Shown piece by piece: positions 38,724 through 50,239 of a stretch of 64,000 nt of DNA (position 1 is the stretch's first letter; the number at the start of each line of letters is the position of its first letter). The notes beneath the pieces were generated by a model. The model worked only from the letters and a program-made list of their open reading frames with translations, did no database searches and was not told the DNA's origin. Made by a program: the position numbers and the translations under genes. The stretch lies in contig NC_045696.1 of the NCBI RefSeq assembly GCF_009834535.1, positions 38,690,001 to 38,754,000 of the forward strand, written 5' to 3'. The stretch is from Camelus ferus. Its lineage: Eukaryota.

Positions 38724-39569
38724 CTTATAAGGAACTGATGGTGGTTGGGGACTAAATCAGAGAAAGTTTCTGAAGGGGGATCTCAAAGCTTGGCCTTTAT
38801 TGCTAATAAGAAGCCATCATGTAGAGAAGGACTGAGGGTGGAGACAAGGGAGGAAGGGGGGCAACTTGTGGGCAGCATCCTCATCAAAGGGAAACAGCAC
38901 GTGTGAAGAAGGAAACACCTCATTACATTTGAGAGGTAAGTTTAAAAAAAAAATCAGAAGTGTGGCTCTTTGCTTCAGCAACTCTCAAGGGGTGGTAGGT
39001 AAGGGAATACCAGAATCTCAGAACAGCAGGAGTCAAATTTCTGAAAGCCTCCAGGGGATGGTGAAGTGACAGTCCTCTAGGGCAGATTTCCCCTCATTGC
39101 CTCCACTCTCCTCTCACAGTTTCAGTTAGATTATATAGGCTTTATGTGGAAAACCCAATTCTAACTGGTATTTTCATATGACTCTGTATATTATACAACA
39201 AAATTGCTTGTCCAGAAAGGTTTTACCACCATCCAGGGAGATGGATGGTACTGTGAGCTAGTGTATGGGCTGTCAGTGGCAGATCAGTTAGCCTAGATAT
39301 ATTTTTCTTTGCTCTCTTAAGACTAGGTAGGATGTATTGATTTTTCCAGACCAGCTAATATACAGCATGATTAAGCTAGGTCTCTGTTTCCATTGTATAG
39401 TGAACGATTCCTAGCATATGGTTTTATCATTCCATCTACCTTTGCATATCCAGTCAATGTGTTTGAACACTGTATAATAGTTGATTTGAGGACACCATTG
39501 TTACCAATTGGGAATTTAGCATAGTAATGCAAGGAAGTATTAACAACATTAATAATGACAAGCATCCCA

Positions 39570-39812
39570 GACAGCAGAGAATAGTGATCATAAGCATGGA
39601 TTCTGGAGCCAGACTGCCTAGGTTAAAATTACAACTCTACCACTTCTAATTATGTCACCATGGACAAGTTATTTAACTCATGTGCCTCAGTTTCCTCACC
39701 TGCAAAGTGAGGATAATAATGGTACCTGCCTCAAAGATTTGTTGTCAAGATTAAAATATATATTAAGTTTTTAGACCTGGCTCATGATAAGCACTATGTA
39801 AGTGCTGGCTTT
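39570..39812 (+). mobile_element. Near full-length MIR SINE
   Basis: taagcatggattctggagccagactgcctagg...ggacaagttatttaactcatgtgcctcagtttcctcacctgcaaagtgaggataataatggtacct. Confidence 0.9.
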
Positions 39813-40963
39813 GTAATAATGATGGTGACAATGATTGGTTAAAGAAAAAAAAAAGGTAGTTAACACGATATTCCTATAGTCAATGAGTTAATGATAAACT
39901 AACCAGTATATATAAACATCCACAGATCTTATTAAGGAATGAATTCTCTTACTTATTCTATACAGGTCCTCCACTTGTGCTACAAACTTAGTCATATAAT
40001 GGATCAGTCTTTGGCGATACTTGACAGTACACATTTAATTTAAAATATTTCTTCCTCTCTGCCTGATTTGTCTGATACATCCAGGCCTACCACAGATAAG
40101 GGTTTTAATACATTCTGTGACTGAATTTTCTGGATTTTGACTGAAGAATGCCCTAGGAGTCTCAGATCTTTAATTGAGGCAGCCATATTTAGTGTCACTG
40201 AAATAAGTGTGATAACAGCTTGATAACGCAAAGCTTGACATGAAGAAAATGCCTGCCTACTGTTAATAAGATACATGAATTTCAGACAACAGAAAACCAA
40301 AGTAAATTGCCACTATGTCTATTTTGATAAAATACCAACAGAGTTTGCTATTCATTTTACTATGTTCAAAAGTTTATATGAATGACTATGAAATGTTAAC
40401 AGAAAATCACTTGCAGTCTAGGCTTGTGGCAGGTGAGGGGTTTTAAAATATTGTTAAATTGTTAGATGTACTAACAGATTTTTAAGACAAAATAAAAAGA
40501 AAAAGTATTTTCCTTGTTCTGGATATTCATTGTAGCAAACCAGAGTGATGTGAGAAGGAATTTCAAGTATCTTAGTAGGCCTGGTTGTATCAGACATTAA
40601 TTTAAACAGGTACATATACTTTTACTCTCAAGGTTCAGAGTATCAATAGAAAAATGTTTAAAATTTCTATCAGTTTCCAATTTTTTTATGTCCAACAGAA
40701 AAATCTTTAAAAAATCAAAAATACTATTACAAACAAAACTGGAAAGCTATGGCTTCTTTCTCCCGTGAACATAAAAACATTTAACTTCCAACAGGTTGAG
40801 AGCATCATTATGAAAAAAAAAAAAAAGACTATTCTTATTTTGATGTCAAATTATGCAAGTTTTGTAAAACCCCAATATCATATGCACTGAATTTAGGGAC
40901 CACATTCTAGTCAGTGTTTTCTGTTTGCTTATTTGTTTGTTTGTCTCATATATATGTATATAG

Positions 40964-40965
<2 letters not shown>

Positions 40966-41022
<57 letters not shown>
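40966..41022. repeat. Perfect (TA)28 microsatellite
   Basis: 57 bp of uninterrupted alternating A/T. Confidence 0.97.
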
Positions 41023-41027
<5 letters not shown>

Positions 41028-42673
41028 AACTCTTGCTAGACTGCTTTCTATTTCTAATGGACATGTTTACACATAATTTAGGAAGCAAAGTTTGGCTTCA
41101 TTCCTTTCTGGTTTTTTTTTTTTCACTTACAAGAAAATCTTAGCTTCTATACCAAAAGGTAGTTAATATTCATGAATAGTCAACATTTAGTTGACTATAA
41201 TGAATTGGTCTAAAGAAAATAGGGATAATTGAAATCTGAGGTACTACAAAAATTTAACTTGATCCTCTGCACTTCAGCTTATAGAGCATTTGCTTTTGGC
41301 CAGACCTGCTGCCTAATAAACCAACTGAAGATATTTTAATTTTCATTCTTCACTCTTCTGAAGATTTATGTAATTTAAAGTACATGAATAGTACTTTACA
41401 GTTTATAAGCACTCTCAAAAATTTATCACTTTTGATCTTCCCAGCATCCTTATGTGGAGGGGACATTGTATAATTATGGAAGGTTTTATTATTGTGTTTA
41501 CTTCATAGGTGAATAAGTTTGGGATCAAGCAGTATGCTTTTAAGTAAATGCAGGTAATTGGCCCTAGAAAAATTAAGTTTGGAATCTCAAGCTTTATTGA
41601 ATTTATTGCATTGTGCTGAGAAAGCCTCCAACCTTCTTTTCCACAATAACCCCTCTCTTCAGCCTTGTCTTCATAATGCCCGGTGTCCACATCATTCTCT
41701 TTACTGTTTCCGACCTTTAAATCTTTGTCTTCATTTCCCTCACTCCATGTACTTCTGTCTAGAATTTTGATGCTCTTCTTGAATATCCAAATCCTACCCA
41801 TCATTCAACATCCAGCAGAAGTCCACCTCCTCCAAGAAGTCTTCCAGCTCCCATTCTTTTTACTTAACTAATATACAGCATTTGCAGGGATTGGTTCTTA
41901 GTTTCCTAAGTGTTTCATTATTTCGTGTTTCATCTAAAGTCTCGTACTAGACTATAATAGAGACCTACTATACTAAGAACAGAGTCTTATACTTCTTTGA
42001 AATTCACAGCACTCTAGCACTGGATATATGTAGTAAATTCATGATAAATACTTGGCTAGTATTTAATCTACCCAATGGAGCCATTGCTGAACCATGGATA
42101 ATCTTACTGTATTTGTATTCAAACCATGTGACTTATAATTTAGCCTGTATAATCACTTACTATAGTTATGTTCAGTGTGGTTTTTCAGTATGTTCATATA
42201 CCAGTTGACCCTAGCATTGATTTCTAATGGCAGTGAAGCCCAGACATATGGTCTATGGGATCAAATCAACTACACATGCCTGATGGATTCCCTGAACAGA
42301 GCAGGCATTTGGCCCATATATCGGTATTGAGAACAGGAACAGGAAATGTTATGCAGTGATTGCTTTTCTATAGAGTTACATTAGCATCACCCATTCTGCT
42401 AGTCATAATTTCTCAGCAGATCGGGGTTATCTGTCAATGGTAGTTCCTGTGGTACAGCATATGAAAATGCATTCCATTATTCATTATAAATGATGCTGAC
42501 AAACATATTGACATTACAAATTTAATTTTTAAGAAAGAGATCTCTATATAAAAATAACACACTTCAGAGTCATTATGTTAAAACACAAAAAGACGGTACT
42601 GTATGACCATTCAGTTTTTCTGGAATATAAGTATTCTGTTTAAACAACTAACTACTTTTGTTCATATTTTTAG

Positions 42674-42859
42674 GTGAATTTGGAGAAGTCTGTAGCGGGC
42701 GTTTGAAGACACCAGGAAAAAGAGAGATCCCAGTTGCCATCAAAACTTTGAAAGGTGGCCATGTGGATCGGCAAAGAAGAGATTTTCTAAGAGAAGCTAG
42801 TATCATGGGTCAGTTTGACCACCCAAATATCATTCGCTTAGAAGGTGTTGTCACAAAAA
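42674..42859 (+). CDS. EPHA6: EPHA6 kinase N-lobe exon: (G)[61 protein letters not shown]. 186 nt, phase 1 to phase 1.
   Basis: Acceptor ttcatatttttag|GT and donor AAAA|gtaagt. Completes the Gly-loop GAGEFG across the 27-kb intron. VAIK lysine at 42742-42744; alphaC Glu in [15 protein letters not shown] motif. Confidence 0.97.
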
Positions 42860-43859
42860 GTAAGTACTGGTTATCTTCTTTGCCTCTTTTATACATCTAG
42901 CTCAGTTCCTTAAAAAAAAAAAAAAGGCTTAATAGCAATATCATGGCCATTTAGGGGATAACTTCGTTCAAATATCATCTTCAGCTATCACCCCTGAGAG
43001 TCCTGATATTAGGCTATGACATTTTCAGAGTTTGCATTGGTCACCAAACCGCTTTGAAATGTTTTTTATTACCTGTAAATCATTTGCCTAATTTAACTTG
43101 AAGTAATATATCAAAAGTAAAGGGGCATATATATTTTTTCCCCTAATTTCTATAAGCTATTCACTTCTAAAGCTGCCTAAATTTCAATATTAATAGGAAA
43201 AACAAAATATTTTGGGTCATTAAGGTAAAATACTTCTTTTGGAAATAAATTTCATATACAAATATAGAATGCTTTATCTAAAGTAAAGCTTTTAAACAAA
43301 AAATTCTGTATGGAAACTGTCTATATAAATGCCATTAGAACTATATTATTTTAATTTATACAAAATGCAGAAAAGGATTACAGTTTCTGAAGTAAAAATC
43401 CTGTTTTTACAGAAATCGTGGAATCAAAACCATTTCTTTGAAAAAAAGTTTCTTAAAAACCCAAAATTAATCATATACTCTAAGAAATAGATGGCAATAT
43501 TCACTTTTATTTGGGTAATAATAAGGCATAAAGCTTAATATTTCTCCTTATTTTATTCACTAATGAATTATAGCATATAGAACCCAATGCAAATGGCATT
43601 TAAAAATTCATAAAAATAATTTTAAATCTTTGATTCATTTTTCTTTCATAAAACTGAAGTTTCTTTTATAATCATTTAAGTGAAATTGAAATTTTATGTT
43701 ATACTTGGAAGCAGGAAAGTGTAAACGCTTGCTGACAACATTTAATTGACTCTGTGTCTGAAGCTCCAAAGTCCTTCTCACAAAGCATTGACAAACATGC
43801 TGATTACTGATACCCATGATAGTCTGGAGGGCACAAAAGAGAGCTTTTGATGACAGCTG

Positions 43860-44400
43860 TTCCTGTGGGCTGTTATTTTAATGGGCTTAGTAGACCCTTC
43901 TCATCTTCATGCCCTTGTGTTGTTCTGTCTTACATTGATTCTGGGCTTGTCCATGTGACTAGCATTGGCCAGTAGGACATTAACAAGTGCGATGCAAGTG
44001 GAGACATCTTACCTATTTGCACACTGGAGCTTGTCCTCTTGCAACACTCCTTCCTGTTGCCCAGCCTCCAATGCTAAGGGAAGCCAATCCATATGGTGAG
44101 GCCACATGCAGGACAGCAAAGAGAAGAACTGAGGCATTCTAGTCAGCAGCTCTACTTGAGCTCCCAGCAGATAGTACTGAGTGCCATCCTTGTGATGAAC
44201 CATCCCAGATATTACAACTTACAACCCCTTCCCACTACCACTGCCACCAGGTAGCTGCAGCTGCAGTTGATACTTTGTGGAGCAGAGGATCCATCCAGCT
44301 CAGTCCAGTTAACACAAAATCATGAGAGATAAGAAAATGGTTGTTGTTTTAAGTTGCTAAGTTTTGGATAGTTTATTACACTGCAGTAGATAACCACACA
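43860..44400 (+). mobile_element. MaLR LTR (MLT1G/H/I-like), sense orientation
   Basis: gggcttgtccatgtgactagcattggccagtagga and the 3' end ttgttgttttaagttgctaagttttgga...gcagtagataaccacaca. The 5' boundary is approximate. Confidence 0.7.
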
Positions 44401-44404
44401 GATG

Positions 44405-44790
44405 GCCCCACTTAGAATTCCACTCCAGGTAGTGAAGATTTGTTCAGTTTTAGGTAAATTACTTAACATCTCTATCCTTTACTTCTGCATCTATAAAATG
44501 GGGCCAAAATAACTCTTAGTCAATAGGAATGCTGTAAGGATTAATTTTATAAATGTATAAAGCATGTAGTATAGCATGGGACTCATAGTAAGCCATATTA
44601 CATGGTAGCTAATATTGGTACTATGTGCCAGGAACTCTACCCATGTAGTTCACGATTTCATTCTCATGGTAACCCTCATGAGTATCTGCTGAACCTTCAT
44701 TTTCCACTGAAGCTCAGACAGGTCAATTAACCCACATAAGGACTTCTAACCCATAGTAAGTGGCATGGCTGATGTTCAAACTGAATTCTG
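44405..44790. mobile_element. Two MIR fragments tail to tail (+ ~44405-44610; - ~44612-44790)
   Basis: The first has aaattacttaacatctct...catctataaaatggg. The second has ctatgtgccaggaactc...ctgaagctcagacaggtcaattaaccca. Confidence 0.6.
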
Positions 44791-47490
44791 TTTGACAAAC
44801 CAATGGGGTTTTGCTTTTTGTTTTTTGGTTTTTTTTTTTTTGCTGTATCACAGTGAGTAAGTCAAGAGTTTTATACTTTAACTTTGTCTTCTCTGAATTA
44901 AATGACATAAAATAAATGACAATGTGAATAAAATAACACACTATTACTTTTTTAAAATAAGGAAGATATTTAGGTATGGAATTATCTCTAATATGTAAAA
45001 TTTGGAGAGATCCAGATATGCCTCGATAGCTAGCAAAAAAAAAATCATGTAAAAGAAAGAAGCAGAGAAGAGACAACATGCTAATTCTTTCATATTTTCT
45101 GACTTCTTTGTCATTACTGTAACATGGACATTTCAAGGTACTCCTTCTGTTTTTAATCTCTCTGGAAGGAAGAAGACAATTTTAAAGTTGGGTTATGATT
45201 CTTGGCAAAGCATTTAAAATAATTTAAGTATGTTGTTAAAGTCCTCACATGCATATTTATGCATGAAATATCTGGAAATAAGTGTCCAACACTAAATTCA
45301 AAGATCGTGTCTTTATTTTTTACCTTTGATAAATCACATTCTGTGAACTTTTCATGTATTCCGATGTATTTTATTAGATATAGAATAGTTATTATATAAT
45401 CTGGCCCTATGTAGTAGTAGGAATTATTTATTCTAAATTAACTGAATAGGTTTAATTAGGTAATCTATGGCTCTTGTCTGCCAGTTTGAAACACTCAGTT
45501 TATTTCACAAAAAGACATCCAAACAGTTAACACAGTGATTGCTTTACATCTCTGGCAATCTTGTCTAAAATTGAGACCAGGGATCTTTACATAGCTTAAT
45601 TTGTATGATTCCTAAGTGAAGTTCCTTGTTTCATTTTAGAAAAAAGAGAGAGAGAGAAAAGACAATAATTGAGAAAGGTATATTCAGTATGCTTTTGAGT
45701 GGCAATAACCATAGTAATTTGAACCTGTTAGCATGAATCCCATATAAGGGCGTAGTAGCGATGCTGAAGTGGGAGGTGGAGGTGGAGAAAATAATTCCCG
45801 CAAAGATAAGTGAGCATATTTATACTGTTATCTTCTTAACTCAAATGCTATGGGATTTTTAGGAGAAAGGCAATAAATAAATGAATGCCTCATTCCCATA
45901 AATACATGGTAATTGTTCCAAGATTGCCTTTAAGTAGCTAAGAGATAGCTAACAATTAACGCTCCCTAAGGACTACCATATTGCATAAAAGATTATACTG
46001 ACAAAGATAAAGATGCAGTATAGGTTTATATGGTCATGTCAGTAGAGTATTCTGGGATTCTGAGAAATAAATGCACAGACTCTCAGTTGAAAGTAATGCA
46101 AAATTATAGATCAAAATCTTCATCAGATCCTTTTATAAATTCTTAATATGCATACTTTTTATCTGATAAAGTTTTATCACTGAGTGATACATATAAAGTT
46201 CTGGGGAACATTTTGCTCTTTCATACTTGTGCATATAACTACTTTTACATAATTTTAAACTTCAAAATTAAGTGATTAAAAGCTGTGTTATGTAAAAAGT
46301 GTGTCTGATGAAATTTGAACCTGTTTATTTGATACACATCACAATTTCATTAACTTGTTAAGGTACAACTGATACAAAAAGAAATTAATCCAGCTACACC
46401 ATATGCTCAGCATATTCTTTTTCTCCAAGAAGCAAATAGAAGCCATCAGTTAGACAACAGATGTGTAGCCATTAGTACCATAGATAGTAGCAATGTGTAA
46501 CTGGTAATGTATATACCAGTATCATTAACTACATAACCAAAAGAGAAAGTTCTACCCTTCTATAAAACAATGAGAATTGTGGTTAAATGATAAAGAAATA
46601 TACTGCAGTAACCATATTCCTGGAGACTGAGCCCTATAGTTTGAATTTATGATAATATGAAAGAACCAAAAGGAGAGATAATGAAGTGCTTATCTCCCAG
46701 CTTAGGTAACAACTTAATTTAGATATACTGACTATATCTCAAATAAATCGTAAATCCAGTGAGGAATAATAGAAATCAATCATGATAGCAAACAAATTCC
46801 CAAACGTAATTTCATTTCAGCATAAGACATTCCTCAGGACTCATGGAACAGCACAGAAACTATAACAGAAATACCAGCCTGCACAAACCATCTTTAAATA
46901 TTTCAAAGTACAGTGGGTTCTTTCCAAATAGTTTTGAAATGTCCACATGGAATCTAAGTCAGAGAGTAGATTCAAGCCAGTCAAATACCTTGTACAGTAA
47001 ATGCATGAGAACTGTTTCTCTTGTCCAAGAATTGCATTTTACTTGTCAAGTAATAGATTCCCCAAGACTTTGATTATTACTGTTGCCACCAATATGATAG
47101 CTGCCTGTCCACCTGATTGTATATTCTGCTCCTGTGTAAGTCAGTCAGTGTCTTTAGACCTCAATATTTTCCTCTGCACAAAAAATGGAAAAGTGCAGGA
47201 TTGGATTAGAAAACAATAAAGGTCACGTCTAGCCCTGATATTTTTGTATTCCATGCATTTGCCAAGAGAAGGGTCATGGGATATTTGTGAAGAAAGTTTG
47301 TGCCGGTGATAACTTACTACCCCACCTCTACCTCTATTATAACTTCAGGTTCATATCAGTGATCAAGAAGATAGGTTCAGGAAGAAACAAACACTACTTT
47401 TTTTCCTGACAGTAGAATTTTAATGACAAAAGACAACTCCTAGAGCAGTAAAAAGAACATGGATTCTACAGACAGAGATATCTGGGTCTG

Positions 47491-47593
47491 TTTTTTTATT
47501 TGAAGTATATAGTCAGTTATAGTATGTCAATTTCTGGTGTACAGCACAATGTCCCAGTCTTACACATACATACATATGTTTGTTTTCAAATTC
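47491..47593 (-). mobile_element. Very short L1 3' stub
   Basis: ttttttatttgaagtatatagtcagtt...tttctggtgtacagcaca; same 3'UTR type as 34105-34343 and 52865. Confidence 0.75.
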
Positions 47594-47799
47594 AGTGAAG
47601 TTTTTATCTTGCAATGTAAAGTAGAAACATATAGGTAAAATTTTGCTGTAAGCAAAATCAAGGTTTGGATGTATGGAATGTATGTTGTAGAGGATAAAAC
47701 ATTCTGTAAAACTGATTCTAATGAAAGAATCTAGAATGTTTTCCCTGAAATTCAGCTACTCAGCTAGCAAAGGTAGGTTAAGAGTTTTGCTTTACTTTG

Positions 47800-48680
47800 T
47801 TTTATTTTCTAAGAAACATTTGCTGAGCACCACCAAGGTGTCAGACACTGTTGCTGATTAAAACCTAGAGATACAGAAAAGAAGGTCTCAATGCTCTAGA
47901 GAAGCTCATTTGTTGGCTCCAGCCCACAGGGAGCAATAAACAAATAGGTGAAGAGTGTGCTATTTTGGATACAGTTATTCATTAACTTATTCATTATTTT
48001 ATTCAGACAATATTTACTGGGTGCCAATCTAGTCAACAGAGTAGTGAAAAAGACAGAGCTTCTACCTGCTGGAAGAAACAAAAAGGAATCTAAATATATG
48101 AACATAATTTTAGATAAAGAGAGAAAAAAAAAAACTGAGTAAAGTGCCAGAGAAAGCCATCCCAAGGTTTGGTAGGAGAGTATTACAGGCAGAGGAAACA
48201 AGTTCTAAACCCTCGTACTCAGAAAGAATTGCACGTTAGCGGAACATCAAAATGAACTGGAGCAAAGTAAGTAACAGTAGAGATTACATGTTGAAAGCAA
48301 AAACTGGAGGCAGGCAAAACAGTAAGGAGGCTGATGTAGTAATCCAAGTGAAAAAACAGTAAGAAAATAGATGAAGTAAGTAAAGATAAGAAGAAGGGAG
48401 TAGATTCAAGAGCTATTTCCAAGGTTAAATTAAGAAACTTCAGTGACTGATTATAGATGGGGAATGAGGGAATGAATGGGGATGGTTTCAGATGACTTCT
48501 AAGCATCTGGTTTACATAAGCAGGGAGATGGAGAGGAAATTCTGGAGAAATAATAGATTTGGAGCGAAAACAATGAATTCTAATTTGGACATGGTAAGTT
48601 TGAGGTGTTTGAATATTTAAAGATTTCCAGGAAACCTCTGAAGCCTGGGTGGGAGTCTGGGCTGCCAGTGCAAATTAAGA
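47800..48680 (-). mobile_element. L2 LINE fragments
   Basis: aaacatttgctgagcacc, aatatttactgggtgcca, acaggcagaggaaacaag and aatttggacatggtaagtttgaggtg motifs. Confidence 0.65.
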
Positions 48681-50239
48681 AGTGTGTCTTGAATCCTAGA
48701 TTGCATTCATACTAAATGGCAAAAGCATCTCAAAACTTACTGTCATTTCTCCCTTGTGTCTCTTCCAAATCCCTGAGAAACTGGAAGGAAATGTACCAAG
48801 CTGACACTAAATGGATACATGGATAACTGTGATATGCAAAGATTGTTGGTACCTAGAAGGCCCAGCTGCCTCTGGAGTTGTTAGCCTTCCTTTTTTCCAA
48901 TGATCTGCAAAACTAGATCATTTTTGAGGTCATAGATAGGGGGCCTGAGGTGTTGGTGAATATTTGAAGTAGCTCTTAAGAAAAGTGTGAAAGAAAACTG
49001 ATTAAGAAAGATTATAAAGATTGTGGGTATCACTGAAGACGCAAGAGAAAATAGAGATCAAGACAGAAGCTGTTGATAGCATAAAAGTGGGGAGAGATGC
49101 AAATGAGGGACAAGGAGACGTGAGAGGCAACAAAAAAGGAAGAAATTGAGATTTTCTATATTTTCTCTCTTTTCCTACCATTCTTAATATTTACTATTTG
49201 CTGTTACTATTTGCTGAAATAGGGATGAATTATTGTTGTGTGATTTCTGGAGTCTCAATGGAATCTCGGGATATTTATTGCAGAGTATTTGCCACTTGGA
49301 ATTATAACGTATACATATTGATAAGTAGAAAATGAACCCCAGTGTGACTGTAACAAACAGTAACGAGATGACATAGTCTGGTGGCTCTGTGTGTCACACT
49401 GTTTGAGCAGCACTGGGGCTAACTGGGATCACCAGCTTATTTTCTTTCTGCCAGAGAGTACTACCTTCTTTACAGGAGAGAATAAACTTCCTTTGTATTC
49501 AGAATGAATTTATTCCTGTCTCTTCAGTGTTTAAATATCTGGGTTTTCTCAAGGTCATTCACTCCAATCACCTCCCTAGATCTACTTCTAAAGTGCTGTC
49601 TCCTTCCTGTGATCCTCTCCCTTTCCCAAACCAGTCTGCTAATTATCAGGTAGGCTATAACAAGAAGTAACAGGTTAAAAAATTCAAGTAACAAATGCTC
49701 ACTCTGAACATAACACTGTCACTGTAAGAACTAGGAGAGAAAAAGAATATAATATGACTTTTTGCATACATAATGTTGCCTTTTAATACCTCTAAATAAA
49801 ATTGAATAGAGCTATCTAGAGGGTGAAATCTTACTCATCTTCAAAAGTGAACGTTCTTTCCAAATCATTCCTGGTGCAGTTTGTTCTGGTAGAGTTTGAT
49901 GGCTCTGAATTTGAGAAGGGCTATAGATAAACCTGTATTATAGACATTAATTTGCATCCATGAACTCAAGAGAATGAGTACCAACCTTCCAGGCTGCAGG
50001 GTAAGGCAATCAATGATTATTTGGACACTTTTTCACCAAGTTCCTGACGCTCTTACGTAGGAATGGAGAAAGACCAGTTGAAATCTTAACCACTGAAAAT
50101 GATTATGGGCCCTTTGTAGATGTGATTTTTTGATTAAAAAAATTACATGTGAAATTAATGAGTGGAAATCTAGCTAAGTCCTTATTATTTAATCCCATGA
50201 TGAATATCTTAATACTTGTTTTGTGGGAATAAATTACTA

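Noticed and set aside
40846..41088. ORF with a YIYIYI repeat
   Set aside because: Translation of the (TA)n microsatellite.
42860..42900. ORF tail [13 protein letters not shown] after the kinase exon
   Set aside because: Intron read-through past a consensus gtaagt donor. The A-run at ~42912 is genomic and would cause internal-priming artefacts.
44723..45136. 137-aa minus-strand ORF, and the other 60-130 aa ORFs outside exons and L1s
   Set aside because: Composition is typical of AT-rich non-coding DNA, many overlap repeats and none has a recognisable motif.
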